Below are positions 8,788 to 18,361 of a stretch of 64,000 nt of DNA, one piece after another. The translations under genes were made by a program, and so were the position numbers. How positions within the stretch are numbered: position 1 is the stretch's first letter; each line of letters opens with the position of its first letter. The notes under the pieces were generated by a model. The model was not told the DNA's origin and searched no databases. It saw only the letters and a list, made by a program, of their open reading frames with translations. The stretch is from a virus. Taxonomy: Duplodnaviria > Caudoviricetes. The stretch is taken from positions 1,786-65,785 of the IMG/VR virus record IMGVR_UViG_3300021964_000051; one strand, given 5' to 3'.

Positions 8788-9555
8788 ATGAAATTTACAA
8801 CAGAACACCCAAATTTAATTTTTGACGCTATTAAAAAAATGGAAGTCAAAGGAAAATATTTGAAAGAAGGAGGACTCCTATCTGGAAAACTAAAGGACTA
8901 TTTCTATTGTAGTCTTAAAGGAAACTTGCTTTCTTTTTGGAATGGAAATACCACATTCGTAGTTAATTATGATGTGCAAGTTACAGGAGAAGAAGACGGT
9001 GAATTTTTTGGTAGTGTATCTAAAATACTAGATTATATGAAAAAGTTTGAAGGTGAAACACATTTTCATGTAGGAGACTTTATTTCTATCAAGGATTCTA
9101 GAAAAGTTGCGTCTTTACCAAAAGTTGTTAATCATCCGGATTGGGCTTCTATTGAAAGAACAAAAGGAATGCTTGCTCATATTTCATATGAAGCAGAATT
9201 ACAAAACAAGTTTTCTTTTGGGAGCAAAGAATTTGAAGGAGTATTTCAGACCTTTGGAAAAGACTTCAATGAAAGCATTTCATTTCTTGAATTATGTAGG
9301 AGCGGAGTCTATCGTTTAGATTTTGATGGAGAAGGTTGCACCTTTGGTTCTTCTTCTGGAATCCAAAATTCAACTTGTAATCTTGAAATAATTCAGGCAA
9401 TTGGCGAAGCCGCCACGCTAGAATACACTAGCCCTTTACATTCCTTCTTTGATAAGAACGAATTAATTAACTTTTATGTGCGGGATGATTTCCCAATCTT
9501 AATTGTTTCCCACAATAAAAAAGTATTGAAAGCCCCATATACGGCAGGTAATTAA
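8788..9555 (+). CDS. probable divergent PCNA-like sliding clamp
   Basis: 255 aa (PCNA size), beta-rich, ends D.FPILI...LKAP, lies directly before PolB; PolB and RFC-L carry PIP-box-like tails. Confidence 0.55.
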   Translation: MKFTTEHPNLIFDAIKKMEVKGKYLKEGGLLSGKLKDYFYCSLKGNLLSFWNGNTTFVVNYDVQVTGEEDGEFFGSVSKILDYMKKFEGETHFHVGDFISIKDSRKVASLPKVVNHPDWASIERTKGMLAHISYEAELQNKFSFGSKEFEGVFQTFGKDFNESISFLELCRSGVYRLDFDGEGCTFGSSSGIQNSTCNLEIIQAIGEAATLEYTSPLHSFFDKNELINFYVRDDFPILIVSHNKKVLKAPYTAGN

Positions 9556-9556
9556 A

Positions 9557-11191
9557 ATGATAATTAGTAGATGTTTAGACAACCAAACCATTTATACTTC
9601 TTGGAGAGAAAACGGAGAAAAGAAAATCGCAGTTGAATTATTTCAACCGTATTTTTATATTCCGGAAAATGCACCAGAACCTTCTTCCTATAAAATTGGA
9701 AGAGCGGCCACCCGCCCCTTTTCTTATGAAAGGGGAGACTGGGTAAATCTCAATAAAGAAAAACTTAAGCGAGTTTATGTTGAACAATCAACAGATATTT
9801 ATGCCGCTAAGAAAATGTGGCCTAAAACATACGAAGCAGATGTTCCTTATCATTTCCGATATGCAGTTGATAAAATCAATGAAATGCCCGAATACGATAT
9901 GAGAAAGTGGTATTGGGATATGGAATGGCAACAAGGTGGAGAACACCACGATAAAATTACTACTATTGTAATGTATGATAATTATGATAAAGAATACTAT
10001 CAATGGGCTTGGTTTCCTAATTATGAAGGAGAAGAATATTTGTTCTTTGATAATGAAAAAGAAATGATTGAATCCTTTATTCGGGTTATGGTGGAAAAAG
10101 ACCCCGATATGTTAATTGCTTGGTTTGGTAACTTTGCAGATATTCCCGTTTTGCTCAAGCGATGTTGTGCGTTGGGAATTAACCCTTTGCAATTGTCACC
10201 TATCGGGCGAGTAGAGGGCATTAAAAAGACCTCTACGGGCTTTGAATACACTAAGGGGAATGAAGGGTTCTCATCTATTCAACAACCCATAGGGGGGCGC
10301 ATAACCCTCAATTTAGACCATGCTTTTGAAAGACAATGGAATGATTCACAACGAGGAAGTTTGCCTTCTTTGGCTTTAGATTATGTTGCGTCTTTGTTGT
10401 TTGAAGAAGGAAAACACCATGAATCTAAATTCACCGACCCTAACGAATTTTATCGTAGGGCATGGTTGGAAGATACAAAGAATTATCTTGACTACGCATT
10501 AAAAGATGTGGAACTTTTGGTTAGAATTGATGAAAGTAACTTTTGTAGTGAAGCAATTATTTCACTTCAGCGATTACTAAAAGCCCCATTTGATGCCTGT
10601 TTCTTTGCTTCTCATATGGGTTCAATTTATTTTATGAGAAACGCTTGGTGGAAAGCACCAACAGGAAAGAAAGTTGAAAAAAGACAAGAATATGAAGGTG
10701 CTATGATTTACGACCCACTAAGCGAAGGAACCAATGGTTTGCACCTTAATGTAGCCGCTTTTGATTTTGCTGGTCTATATCCTTCAATGATGATTGCACG
10801 AAACATTTCTTGGGAGACAAAATCTGTTGAGCCAACTGAGTTTGGAGTTAATATTCTAACTCCTAGAGATTTCAGCGATGTTAAACATGAACAAGTGCTA
10901 TATTACAAAACAGACAAACTCGGCTTGTTGCCGAGAGCCGTTCTTGAGTTGAAGGAACTCCGCAACGAATATAAACGACTGATGCGAGAGGCGAGAGAAA
11001 CGGACAATGGCGAATATGCGAAGTGGTATAACAATCAAATGGCTGTTAAGAGATTAATGGCTTCTTTCTATGGTATTGTTGCCTTTCAAGGATTCGGTTG
11101 GGCTGATGTTGATTTAGCCGCAAGTATCACGGCCAGCGCAAGAGAAGCAATTAGATTAGCCGCATTTGCAGCAAAGGAGATGGAAATATGA
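9557..11191 (+). CDS. polB: family B DNA polymerase, N-terminal half (exonuclease, palm motif A, fingers motif B)
   Basis: Exo I WDMEW, exo II FGNFAD, exo III YALKD, motif A DFAGLYPS and motif B KRLMASFYG. Confidence 0.95.
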   Translation: MIISRCLDNQTIYTSWRENGEKKIAVELFQPYFYIPENAPEPSSYKIGRAATRPFSYERGDWVNLNKEKLKRVYVEQSTDIYAAKKMWPKTYEADVPYHFRYAVDKINEMPEYDMRKWYWDMEWQQGGEHHDKITTIVMYDNYDKEYYQWAWFPNYEGEEYLFFDNEKEMIESFIRVMVEKDPDMLIAWFGNFADIPVLLKRCCALGINPLQLSPIGRVEGIKKTSTGFEYTKGNEGFSSIQQPIGGRITLNLDHAFERQWNDSQRGSLPSLALDYVASLLFEEGKHHESKFTDPNEFYRRAWLEDTKNYLDYALKDVELLVRIDESNFCSEAIISLQRLLKAPFDACFFASHMGSIYFMRNAWWKAPTGKKVEKRQEYEGAMIYDPLSEGTNGLHLNVAAFDFAGLYPSMMIARNISWETKSVEPTEFGVNILTPRDFSDVKHEQVLYYKTDKLGLLPRAVLELKELRNEYKRLMREARETDNGEYAKWYNNQMAVKRLMASFYGIVAFQGFGWADVDLAASITASAREAIRLAAFAAKEMEI

Positions 11192-11289
11192 AAGAATGTA
11201 AAAGATGTAAAAGACGACGGGCCGTTCACCCAATACACGGATATTGCTGGAATTGTTATAGACAATGGAGATGGGAAAATGAAAACTAA
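11188..11289 (+). CDS. 33-aa CxxC..CxxC zinc-finger microprotein
   Basis: Translated by hand as MKECKRCKRRRAVHPIHGYCWNCYRQWRWENEN; ATGA-coupled to PolB-N. Confidence 0.6.
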   Translation: MKECKRCKRRRAVHPIHGYCWNCYRQWRWENEN

Positions 11290-11449
11290 ATATGTAACGA
11301 TTAAAGTATCATATGATACAGAAGAAACTTGGGATATTACTTTACAAGAAGTAAAGGAGTTATTTCAAATGATGAATAATTTAAAGCGTCATGCTATCAT
11401 TATAGAAGTTGAACAAGGTGTTAATCGTGATGATGGACAGGACGAATGA
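11279..11449 (+). CDS. 56-aa hypothetical protein
   Basis: Translated by hand as MKTKYVTIKVSYDTEETWDITLQEVKELF...; upstream GGAG; overlaps both neighbours. Confidence 0.6.
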   Translation: MKTKYVTIKVSYDTEETWDITLQEVKELFQMMNNLKRHAIIIEVEQGVNRDDGQDE

Positions 11450-11558
11450 ATTACTGGAAGAGTTGCTAGCCATGATAAATAGAAGCAACAAGATTTTGAT
11501 GATGGTTAATATAGTAAATATTGCGACTATCATTACGCTACTGGTGGTGGTATTATGA
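11430..11558 (+). CDS. 42-aa protein with a C-terminal transmembrane segment
   Basis: MMDRTNELLEELLAMINRSNKILMMVNIVNIATIITLLVVVL; upstream GGTG. Confidence 0.6.
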   Translation: MMDRTNELLEELLAMINRSNKILMMVNIVNIATIITLLVVVL

Positions 11559-11749
11559 GAGATGAAGAATTTTATTTTGAAGCATTAAAGGAAATTAAGA
11601 AAATGAAAGAACAGTTAGAAAACGAATTAGAGGACATGGAAATCAAACTTCGTTCTCTTCAATTGGTTAAGAGGCAGATTATGGAACTCCAATATGAAGT
11701 TGCTAAAATACAAAAAGAACCTGTTGGTATGCTTTTTTCTTTAGGGTGA
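11555..11749 (+). CDS. small coiled-coil protein
   Basis: 64 aa with a heptad pattern; ATGA-coupled. Confidence 0.65.
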   Translation: MRDEEFYFEALKEIKKMKEQLENELEDMEIKLRSLQLVKRQIMELQYEVAKIQKEPVGMLFSLG

Positions 11750-11753
11750 TTAT

Positions 11754-12647
11754 ATGAAAGTAGTATATGGACACACAGATTCAATTTATGTGCAAATTGA
11801 TTCTGTTGAAACTGCTGAATCTGCAATTAAGCAGATTGAGGCAAAAGTGCGAGAGCATTTTCCTAATGTAATGGGACTGGAAAATCATCCTGTTGTTCTT
11901 GAATTTGAGAAATACTATTCTGCTTTGGGTGTTGGAACAACAAAGAACCGCAACGCTGGATTAGTTTCTTGGGAAGATGGAGAATGGTTAGATAAGCCAA
12001 AGTTTAGTATGACTGGTTTTACTGCAAAGCGTGTTAGTGAAACTAAATTAGCAAAAGAAGTGCAAACTAATACTCTTAAAATGTGGGTTGAACAAAAATC
12101 TTATGCAGAAATTACTAAGTATTTGCATGAAACCTTTAGCGCAGTAAATAACGGTGAAATTCCTCTTGCTTCTATTATTAAGAGAAGTCGTCTAAGACAA
12201 AACAGATTTACTGTTAAATGCCCCGATTGTAACACTAAATATAATTTAAGAAACTGTTCTACTTTACCGCACAAAGTTTGCGAAAAGTGCGCTACACCAA
12301 CGAAGCAATTCACCACTCTTGAAGGAAAGAAACCTACTATTGGTTCAGGAATTGCTGGTGTTTTATACGCATGGGAAAAGAAAAACACTAATTTTGATGA
12401 CTCTTATCTCTTCTTAAAAGTAAAGAGGGTAAATGATTTCTATACCCATCCTTTAACTCAAGAAAAGCGAGAAGTTGAATACTTATCAGGCATAACCTAC
12501 GAGGATTTTGAGGGTTGTAGTCCCGATTGGGACTTCTATTCTCAACAGGTGGTTAAGAAGGCCGACCCTATTTTCAAGGCGATGGGGTGGGATATAGCGT
12601 CTATACGGACGGGAAAAATACAAGCAAGCCTTGACGAATGGTGGTGA
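11754..12647 (+). CDS. polB: family B DNA polymerase, C-terminal half (motif C, thumb)
   Basis: Begins MKVVYGHTDS (motif C variant), then LEFEK, KNRNAG, a CxxC..CxxC insert and a C-terminal PIP box QASLDEWW; has its own GGTGA RBS. Confidence 0.93.
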   Translation: MKVVYGHTDSIYVQIDSVETAESAIKQIEAKVREHFPNVMGLENHPVVLEFEKYYSALGVGTTKNRNAGLVSWEDGEWLDKPKFSMTGFTAKRVSETKLAKEVQTNTLKMWVEQKSYAEITKYLHETFSAVNNGEIPLASIIKRSRLRQNRFTVKCPDCNTKYNLRNCSTLPHKVCEKCATPTKQFTTLEGKKPTIGSGIAGVLYAWEKKNTNFDDSYLFLKVKRVNDFYTHPLTQEKREVEYLSGITYEDFEGCSPDWDFYSQQVVKKADPIFKAMGWDIASIRTGKIQASLDEWW

Positions 12648-12651
12648 AAAA

Positions 12652-13578
12652 ATGAATACAGAAGAAAAATATGAAGCACGAATTAAATCAATGAGAGAGT
12701 TCACTTACGATTGGTCGCCAGAAAATTATGACGACCCTTCAAAACCAATTTTGAAGATTAGCAAATCTTCTCTTGTTGGTGCTTTTTCTTGGTGTCCAAA
12801 GAAGTATGACTTCTCATATATTCAGCGTTTGCCTCAAGACCAAACCGAGGCCATGAGGAAAGGAACTATTCTTCACAATAGCAGGGAAGCGTTCTTTGAT
12901 GAGTTTGATATTAAGAAAGCAGAACAGATGAACAATTCTGAAGTGCTGGAATACTGCACTTCTCTTATGCCTGTTGATGATTATTTTGACATTTCTTTGA
13001 CGGTTGCTGCTTTTGAAGCACAGCGATTTATTGAAGCAAGAACGGAAGATAGAGTCCATGAGTTTTTACCTGTTATTAATGAGAAGAAGTTTGATTGTGA
13101 ATTTACTCTCCGAAAAAATACGAGTAAGAAATATCCATTACAACGAGATTATGTTATTCGCCTTCAAGGTATTATTGACCGTGTATTTATTGAGAACGGC
13201 AAACTTATTCCCTTTGAATATAAAACAGGAGGTTGGAAAGAATCTAAAGCATCTTCTATGCGTCAAGAAATGGCCTTTTATCAGTTGATGATTGAAAATG
13301 CACCCGAAGAAGTTTTAGAAAAACACGGTTTAACAAAAGACATGGAGGTTAGTCATTGGGGCTGGTATTATCCTGTTGCTAATCACATTACGGTTGAACC
13401 TGTTAAGAAGCAATCAATGACAGCACTATTGAATAATATGGCTAAGTTAGTCTATACTTATGAACAAAGAGCATTTGAGGAAGTAGATTTCCCTGCTATT
13501 TTTTGGAGACAGACCTGTTCCCAATATTGTTCTTATTATGGTATTTGTCCTGCGGCTCAAGAGGATGCTTGGTTATGA
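12652..13578 (+). CDS. Cas4/RecB-like PD-(D/E)XK exonuclease with four Fe-S-type cysteines
   Basis: WCPKKY, GIIDRV, EYKTG, QxxxY-like QEMAFY and C-terminal CSQYCSYYGIC. Confidence 0.85.
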   Translation: MNTEEKYEARIKSMREFTYDWSPENYDDPSKPILKISKSSLVGAFSWCPKKYDFSYIQRLPQDQTEAMRKGTILHNSREAFFDEFDIKKAEQMNNSEVLEYCTSLMPVDDYFDISLTVAAFEAQRFIEARTEDRVHEFLPVINEKKFDCEFTLRKNTSKKYPLQRDYVIRLQGIIDRVFIENGKLIPFEYKTGGWKESKASSMRQEMAFYQLMIENAPEEVLEKHGLTKDMEVSHWGWYYPVANHITVEPVKKQSMTALLNNMAKLVYTYEQRAFEEVDFPAIFWRQTCSQYCSYYGICPAAQEDAWL

Positions 13579-13595
13579 TAAAAGGAGGTGAAAAA

Positions 13596-13802
13596 ATGGT
13601 TGATTTAAAGAAAACAAGAGAAAATTTTAAGAGAGACACTAGGAGAGCATATAGACTGAGACAGGCTACTATGGAAAAAATAGGGGTCAATTCCTATGAA
13701 GATTTTTTGATTGAAGAACTCATCAAAAAACATTATGCTCAATTCTCGCACATTGATTACGAAAAATTATTGGAGGCTCTTTTAGATGAAAGAATTAATT
13801 GA
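13596..13802 (+). CDS. hypothetical protein
   Basis: Strong GGAGGTGA RBS before the ATG at 13596. Confidence 0.6.
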   Translation: MVDLKKTRENFKRDTRRAYRLRQATMEKIGVNSYEDFLIEELIKKHYAQFSHIDYEKLLEALLDERIN

Positions 13803-14157
13803 AAAGAAAGTCCTGTCAAGAAATTGGACATTTAATGAGATTTCAAATCTTAATGATACAGTAGTATCTTTATCACAAGATATTTATTCAGAAATGACGC
13901 TCATTGAAAAATTTAAACTTGTCCAAGATTTGAGAATCAAAGAGGACTATGTGGGAGCATATTTTGAAGATGTTCTCAAACTTACTGTAATGACAGTATT
14001 AAATGGCGAAATTGCTATGGTAATGAAGCAATTATTGAATGGTGCAACAATTAGTTTTGGAGGTAATAATAATGAAATTTCCGAGGGAAGTATGGGCGGG
14101 GAGCCACATCAAGAACGCCCCACAAATGAAAAGAAAAGTCGTCTTAGCGAGGAATGA
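13786..14157 (+). CDS. hypothetical protein
   Basis: 123-aa ORF in the operon. Confidence 0.65.
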   Translation: MKELIEKKVLSRNWTFNEISNLNDTVVSLSQDIYSEMTLIEKFKLVQDLRIKEDYVGAYFEDVLKLTVMTVLNGEIAMVMKQLLNGATISFGGNNNEISEGSMGGEPHQERPTNEKKSRLSEE

Positions 14158-15112
14158 TTATGCTGACTTTATTAATGCTCAAAATAACAGGACGAATGTA
14201 TATACTACTGTCTATGACTTTGAACATTTTTCGGAAAAAGCAAAAATAGAATCTTCTGTTATTATTGATAGAGTTTTTCTTGATTTTGATGCACATGAAA
14301 ATGACTTAGATTTGGCTTGGAGGGATGTTAAAGTGGTAATGCAATTAGTCCATGCAAAAGATTATTTGCATACTCTTTTCTTTTCAGGTCGTGGATTTCA
14401 TTTGTTTTTATTTGGTAAGAGAACAAAGAATATGAGAAATGTTCAAACCTTTTTCCGAGAAATTAAAGCATATCTTTCTTCAAAAGTGGGTAGCAAAAAT
14501 AGTCTTGATGATAGGGTAGGGCAAACTACGAGATTGCGCCGTATTCCAAACACCGTTAATATGTCATCTTCGGATGATAATGGTAATCCTTATTATTGCA
14601 TACCTTTAACACGGTTTGACCTTATGTGTGAAATTGAAGATATTCTTGAAATTGCGAAAGAGCCTCGCCTTATCCCCTTCCAAAAGGACGGAAAAAACGA
14701 GGTGTTGTTTCCCGATGCACCCCCTATGGCGACGATAGAGGGAGAGATTTCTGTCCCAAAAACAGTAGGAAAACTCCCAATGTTGCCTTGTTTGCATAAT
14801 GCAGTAATGACGGAGAATCCCTCCCATATGTCAAGGGCTTACCTTGTTTCATGGTATCGTGATTTGATTTCAGGCTACCGTGATTTGATTTCAGGACAAC
14901 AAAAAATGCAAACACTTGAGTTAGTCGTTGAAGAACTTGAAAGAGTATTTGCTAATTCTGATTCTGTTTGGTTAGATTGGGATAAAAACGAAACGAGAAA
15001 ACACGCAAGATTTACAGTATTCAATAACTACAATACTCCCCATTGTGATAAATTAATTAGTGAAGGATATTGTGTAGGTAAATGTTGGAGGTTCCCCGAT
15101 GCTGATAATTGA
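14072..15112 (+). CDS. archaeo-eukaryotic primase, PriS catalytic domain fused to a PriL-like C-terminal domain
   Basis: FLDFD, FSGRGFH and RLRRIPNT; C-terminal LPCL...YNTPHC..L..GYCVGKC cysteine pattern. Confidence 0.88.
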   Translation: MKFPREVWAGSHIKNAPQMKRKVVLARNDYADFINAQNNRTNVYTTVYDFEHFSEKAKIESSVIIDRVFLDFDAHENDLDLAWRDVKVVMQLVHAKDYLHTLFFSGRGFHLFLFGKRTKNMRNVQTFFREIKAYLSSKVGSKNSLDDRVGQTTRLRRIPNTVNMSSSDDNGNPYYCIPLTRFDLMCEIEDILEIAKEPRLIPFQKDGKNEVLFPDAPPMATIEGEISVPKTVGKLPMLPCLHNAVMTENPSHMSRAYLVSWYRDLISGYRDLISGQQKMQTLELVVEELERVFANSDSVWLDWDKNETRKHARFTVFNNYNTPHCDKLISEGYCVGKCWRFPDADN

Positions 15113-15788
15113 TTCAAGAGAAAAATCAAAACTAGCCAAACTAGTTATGCAGAAAGCAAAAGGATTACAGATTCCTTTTGAACAGCGTTGGATTGAGATT
15201 GGTGATTATGTTTATGATGATATTTGTTTTGAAGCAAAATCCACGACTGATTTCTTAGGTTCAGTAATGTCAAAAAGATTATGGACTCAAGTTGATAATA
15301 TGGATAGACATTACAAAACAAATGTAGTAATTATTCATGGTAGTCTTGATGAAGCAATTATGAATGTTATTGAGAACTCTCCTAGCAAAATGCCTATCGG
15401 AACAAGAAGTATTATGTTAAACAATAAGTTTCTTGGGGCAATAGGTAGACTTATTCTTGATACGGATATTAAACCAGTATGGGTAGAAACAGAAGAAGAG
15501 GCCGCACTTATTATCACGGCAGTTAGCAAAATGAAACCAATGACAAGAGATGTAATTGCACCTCAAGTATTTAAAAGATTAACAACCGATGATTTAAGAC
15601 TTGATTTATTGTCTAGCATTAAAGGCGTTTCAATAAAGAAAGCAAAAAAATTAATAAAAGAATTTGGTTCTATTATGGAAATAGGTGAATGTTCAGCGTT
15701 TGAATTACAAGCCATTGAAGGTATCGGAGAAACCTTAGCCAAAAGAATTATCTCCACATTAAACTCAGAAGAGAAGGTGAAAATATGA
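15099..15788 (+). CDS. ERCC4/XPF-family structure-specific nuclease with HhH motifs
   Basis: IIDSRE, GDY..FEAKS..DF, and HhH motifs IKGVSIKKA and IEGIGETLA. Confidence 0.9.
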   Translation: MLIIDSREKSKLAKLVMQKAKGLQIPFEQRWIEIGDYVYDDICFEAKSTTDFLGSVMSKRLWTQVDNMDRHYKTNVVIIHGSLDEAIMNVIENSPSKMPIGTRSIMLNNKFLGAIGRLILDTDIKPVWVETEEEAALIITAVSKMKPMTRDVIAPQVFKRLTTDDLRLDLLSSIKGVSIKKAKKLIKEFGSIMEIGECSAFELQAIEGIGETLAKRIISTLNSEEKVKI

Positions 15789-17248
15789 ATGAAGAATATG
15801 ATGAAGAAGAATATATGGAATTACTTGAAACCAATGCAGGTGTTTTTAGCGAAGCCTTACCAAGAATTGTTAGAGAGTTTCAATCATCAGCAGTTGAAGT
15901 ATCACACTATAATGATATTCCTGCTGGTATTTGTTTTTTCAATATTTTAGGTCAAATCGTGAAAGATTTTATCACGATTCCTAATGGAAGAAACCACGAA
16001 GATACTAGAATACATTTTTGTTGGGTGCAAACTAGTGGAACTGGGAAATCTACAATGTGGAACTTTGTTGGGCCTGTTGCTGAAAAAACATTTGCTATGA
16101 TTAATTCTAGCAACAAACACCCTCCGTTTGTTCGTAATAACTTACCTATGAACCGCATTTTCAATACTTTCGGCGTGACGGATTATACTGATTCTGTTCT
16201 TATTGGTGGCTATGACAAAGAAATGAATGATGAGGATGAAGTTGAATTTGTGCGAAGGCCTGGAGTTTTAGAAGGAAATGGGCTTGCTCATTGGGATGAG
16301 TTTGAATATTCTGGTATCTTTAAACAAAGCCAGCACAAAGAAAACTCAATTGTTTATCTAAATACTTTGATGAACTCATTAGCAGGTGAGTCTTGGATTA
16401 TTTCTAAGGCTTTGACTTCCTTTGGTGGTATGATTATGGAATGTTTTTGTGAGCGTTCTGTTTTGGCTATGACTTATCCGCCTAATAATCTAAACGATGT
16501 TATGGCTGAAAAGGGTGTTCTTCAAAGAATGCTTTTGTATGTTTGGGAAGTGCCTGAGTTTATTCAGCATAAAATGCGTCTTGAGCAAATTGAAAAGGCT
16601 GGAACTATTGAAGAAGTAAATCAACCAATTGATAAATATGCAAATGCTATCTTTAAGATTTATGAACTTACTCAACAACGATTTAATGAGGTAGGAGGCG
16701 ACCCTCTCAAAACAATGCGTTATACTGAAGATTTCAACCAAGTGTTAAAATTAGAATATGAAAGCATGAGAATGTATCTTCATAATACTCGCCCCGATGT
16801 TGCTAAAATTGCAGGTAATTTTACTACCCGTTTAATGAAGATTCTCTATAAAATGTCTGTTCTTTGTAGTGTGGCTTCTGCACCTTCAATTAAGAATAAA
16901 GACCAACAATTTGTTGTTACGGGGCATAATGTCCGTCAAGCGGCAACAATCGTCCGACAATGTTATATGACATTGGTAGATTGGCTAGAGCGAAGCCTCC
17001 GAGCGAAGCGCAAGAGCATAGCCGAGAACTCGCTTGAATCAGTCTTTATTGATGTTTATACTAAAATGAAGAAAGATGACGAAGGTTTCGTCAATAAGAC
17101 AACTCTCTTAACAGAAGTCCGAACAAAGGCTAAGAAATCAAGAGCGCAAGTGTATAGACATTTTGATGTAATTAGACACAAGTTTGAAGAACAAAAAGGG
17201 TCAAATAACAGGACTTATGTTAAGTTAATTAGGAGTGATGAAGAATGA
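15785..17248 (+). CDS. MCM-like AAA+ helicase lacking the usual N-terminal domain
   Basis: Walker A SGTGKS, MCM-like PGVLEGNGLAHWDEFE, LQRML arginine-finger region, TTRLM sensor and a C-terminal wHTH-like segment. Confidence 0.75.
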   Translation: MNEEYDEEEYMELLETNAGVFSEALPRIVREFQSSAVEVSHYNDIPAGICFFNILGQIVKDFITIPNGRNHEDTRIHFCWVQTSGTGKSTMWNFVGPVAEKTFAMINSSNKHPPFVRNNLPMNRIFNTFGVTDYTDSVLIGGYDKEMNDEDEVEFVRRPGVLEGNGLAHWDEFEYSGIFKQSQHKENSIVYLNTLMNSLAGESWIISKALTSFGGMIMECFCERSVLAMTYPPNNLNDVMAEKGVLQRMLLYVWEVPEFIQHKMRLEQIEKAGTIEEVNQPIDKYANAIFKIYELTQQRFNEVGGDPLKTMRYTEDFNQVLKLEYESMRMYLHNTRPDVAKIAGNFTTRLMKILYKMSVLCSVASAPSIKNKDQQFVVTGHNVRQAATIVRQCYMTLVDWLERSLRAKRKSIAENSLESVFIDVYTKMKKDDEGFVNKTTLLTEVRTKAKKSRAQVYRHFDVIRHKFEEQKGSNNRTYVKLIRSDEE

Positions 17249-17472
17249 AGTGGGAAAACACATACCTAGTGTTTCAAGTTGAGAAAGGGCCAAAAGTGAT
17301 TATTGATACTTTAAACACTTATGGTGAAGATGGTTGGGAATGTTGTTCTCAATTAATCGTAGCAAATAAGCAGATTGTCTGCTTTTTGAAGCGAAGAACT
17401 GACCTTGATGAAGAACCAAAGGTGAACAAGGAAGAAGAAAAGATTAGTAAATTGTGGTCTAATGGTGAATGA
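17245..17472 (+). CDS. DUF4177-like small protein
   Basis: MKWE...LNTYGEDGWE...FLKR pattern. Confidence 0.65.
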   Translation: MKWENTYLVFQVEKGPKVIIDTLNTYGEDGWECCSQLIVANKQIVCFLKRRTDLDEEPKVNKEEEKISKLWSNGE

Positions 17473-17473
17473 T

Positions 17474-18067
17474 ATGTCAGTATTGGCTATTGACCTTGAA
17501 ACTAAAAATATGTCTTATGACATAGGCGGCTTTGGTAATACCCATATGTTTCAAGTTTCAACCGTTGCTACTTGGGACGGTAATACAGGAACAGTTTATG
17601 TGGATGAATCCGTTGATTCATTTGCTAAGTCGGGTCATAATATCAAACCCCTATCTGAACTTAAATATGATTTAGATAATCATTTTCAAAAGGGAGGGCT
17701 ATTGTTAGGACATAACATTAAGGCTTTTGATTTACCTGTTCTTCGGGACTCAATGGACATTTATTGCATCAATAAATATATCAAAGAAGAACAGTTTATT
17801 GATACTTCAAAAATCCTTATGAAAGAACATGGTGAAAGATTTCAATTAAAAAATCTTGTTAAATGCACTATGAATGATTTTAAATTAATGGAAAGTGCCG
17901 ATGCACCTAGATTATGGAAAATGGGTCAATATGATGAAGTAGTTGAGTATTGTATGAAAGACACACAGTTAGTTTATGACCTTTGGAAATACGGACAGAA
18001 TAACGGTATCGTTAAGGCTTTTTCTTTAGAACATGGAGAACACAAAGATTTGGAGGTGAATTGGTAA
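17474..18067 (+). CDS. DEDD-family 3'-5' exonuclease (RNase H fold)
   Basis: IDLET, GHNIKAFD and YCMKD. Confidence 0.88.
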   Translation: MSVLAIDLETKNMSYDIGGFGNTHMFQVSTVATWDGNTGTVYVDESVDSFAKSGHNIKPLSELKYDLDNHFQKGGLLLGHNIKAFDLPVLRDSMDIYCINKYIKEEQFIDTSKILMKEHGERFQLKNLVKCTMNDFKLMESADAPRLWKMGQYDEVVEYCMKDTQLVYDLWKYGQNNGIVKAFSLEHGEHKDLEVNW

Positions 18068-18213
18068 TGACGACTTGGGAATGGATTGGTTTGATTTTCT
18101 TTTTAATCATCTTAATGCTTCTCTTCTTCGCAGCATTCGGTGGAACTAATATCACCGATGAAAGCGTTGAAGAATACATGAAGCGTTTGATGGGCGAAGA
18201 GAACCAAAAGTGA
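18067..18213 (+). CDS. 48-aa membrane protein
   Basis: MTTWEWIGLIFFLIILMLLFFAAFGG...; TAATG-coupled, with a GGAGGTGA RBS. Confidence 0.7.
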   Translation: MTTWEWIGLIFFLIILMLLFFAAFGGTNITDESVEEYMKRLMGEENQK

Positions 18214-18217
18214 TTAT

Positions 18218-18361
18218 ATGGCTTTAAAACAAGAATGCTTCTATTGTCAAGAAAAGACAGTAGCAAGAAGACTTCTTGGTTTTTATGTCGGTTCAACAGA
18301 ACAGACAAAATTATGGGAATGCCGAGCCTGTAAAGCCATTTGGTCGGAAAAAACAAATTGA
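18218..18361 (+). CDS. 47-aa zinc-ribbon protein with TFS/TFIIS-like cysteine spacing
   Basis: MALKQECFYCQEKTVARRLLGFYVGSTEQTKLWECRACKAIWSEKTN = C-x2-C-x24-C-x2-C-x3-W. Confidence 0.65.
   Translation: MALKQECFYCQEKTVARRLLGFYVGSTEQTKLWECRACKAIWSEKTN

Noticed and set aside
11192-11753. Intron or split intein joining the PolB halves
   Set aside because: No intein-type termini on either half; the gap is filled by coupled ORFs and the C-half has its own RBS.
12652-13578. Cas4-like gene as evidence of a CRISPR-Cas system
   Set aside because: No repeat-spacer array or other cas genes are visible; stand-alone Cas4-like nucleases are common in archaeal virus replication modules.
14858-14895. 17-nt direct repeat in the primase gene (YRDLISG twice)
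   Set aside because: Best explained as a small in-frame tandem duplication or convergent codons; no sign of a separate function.
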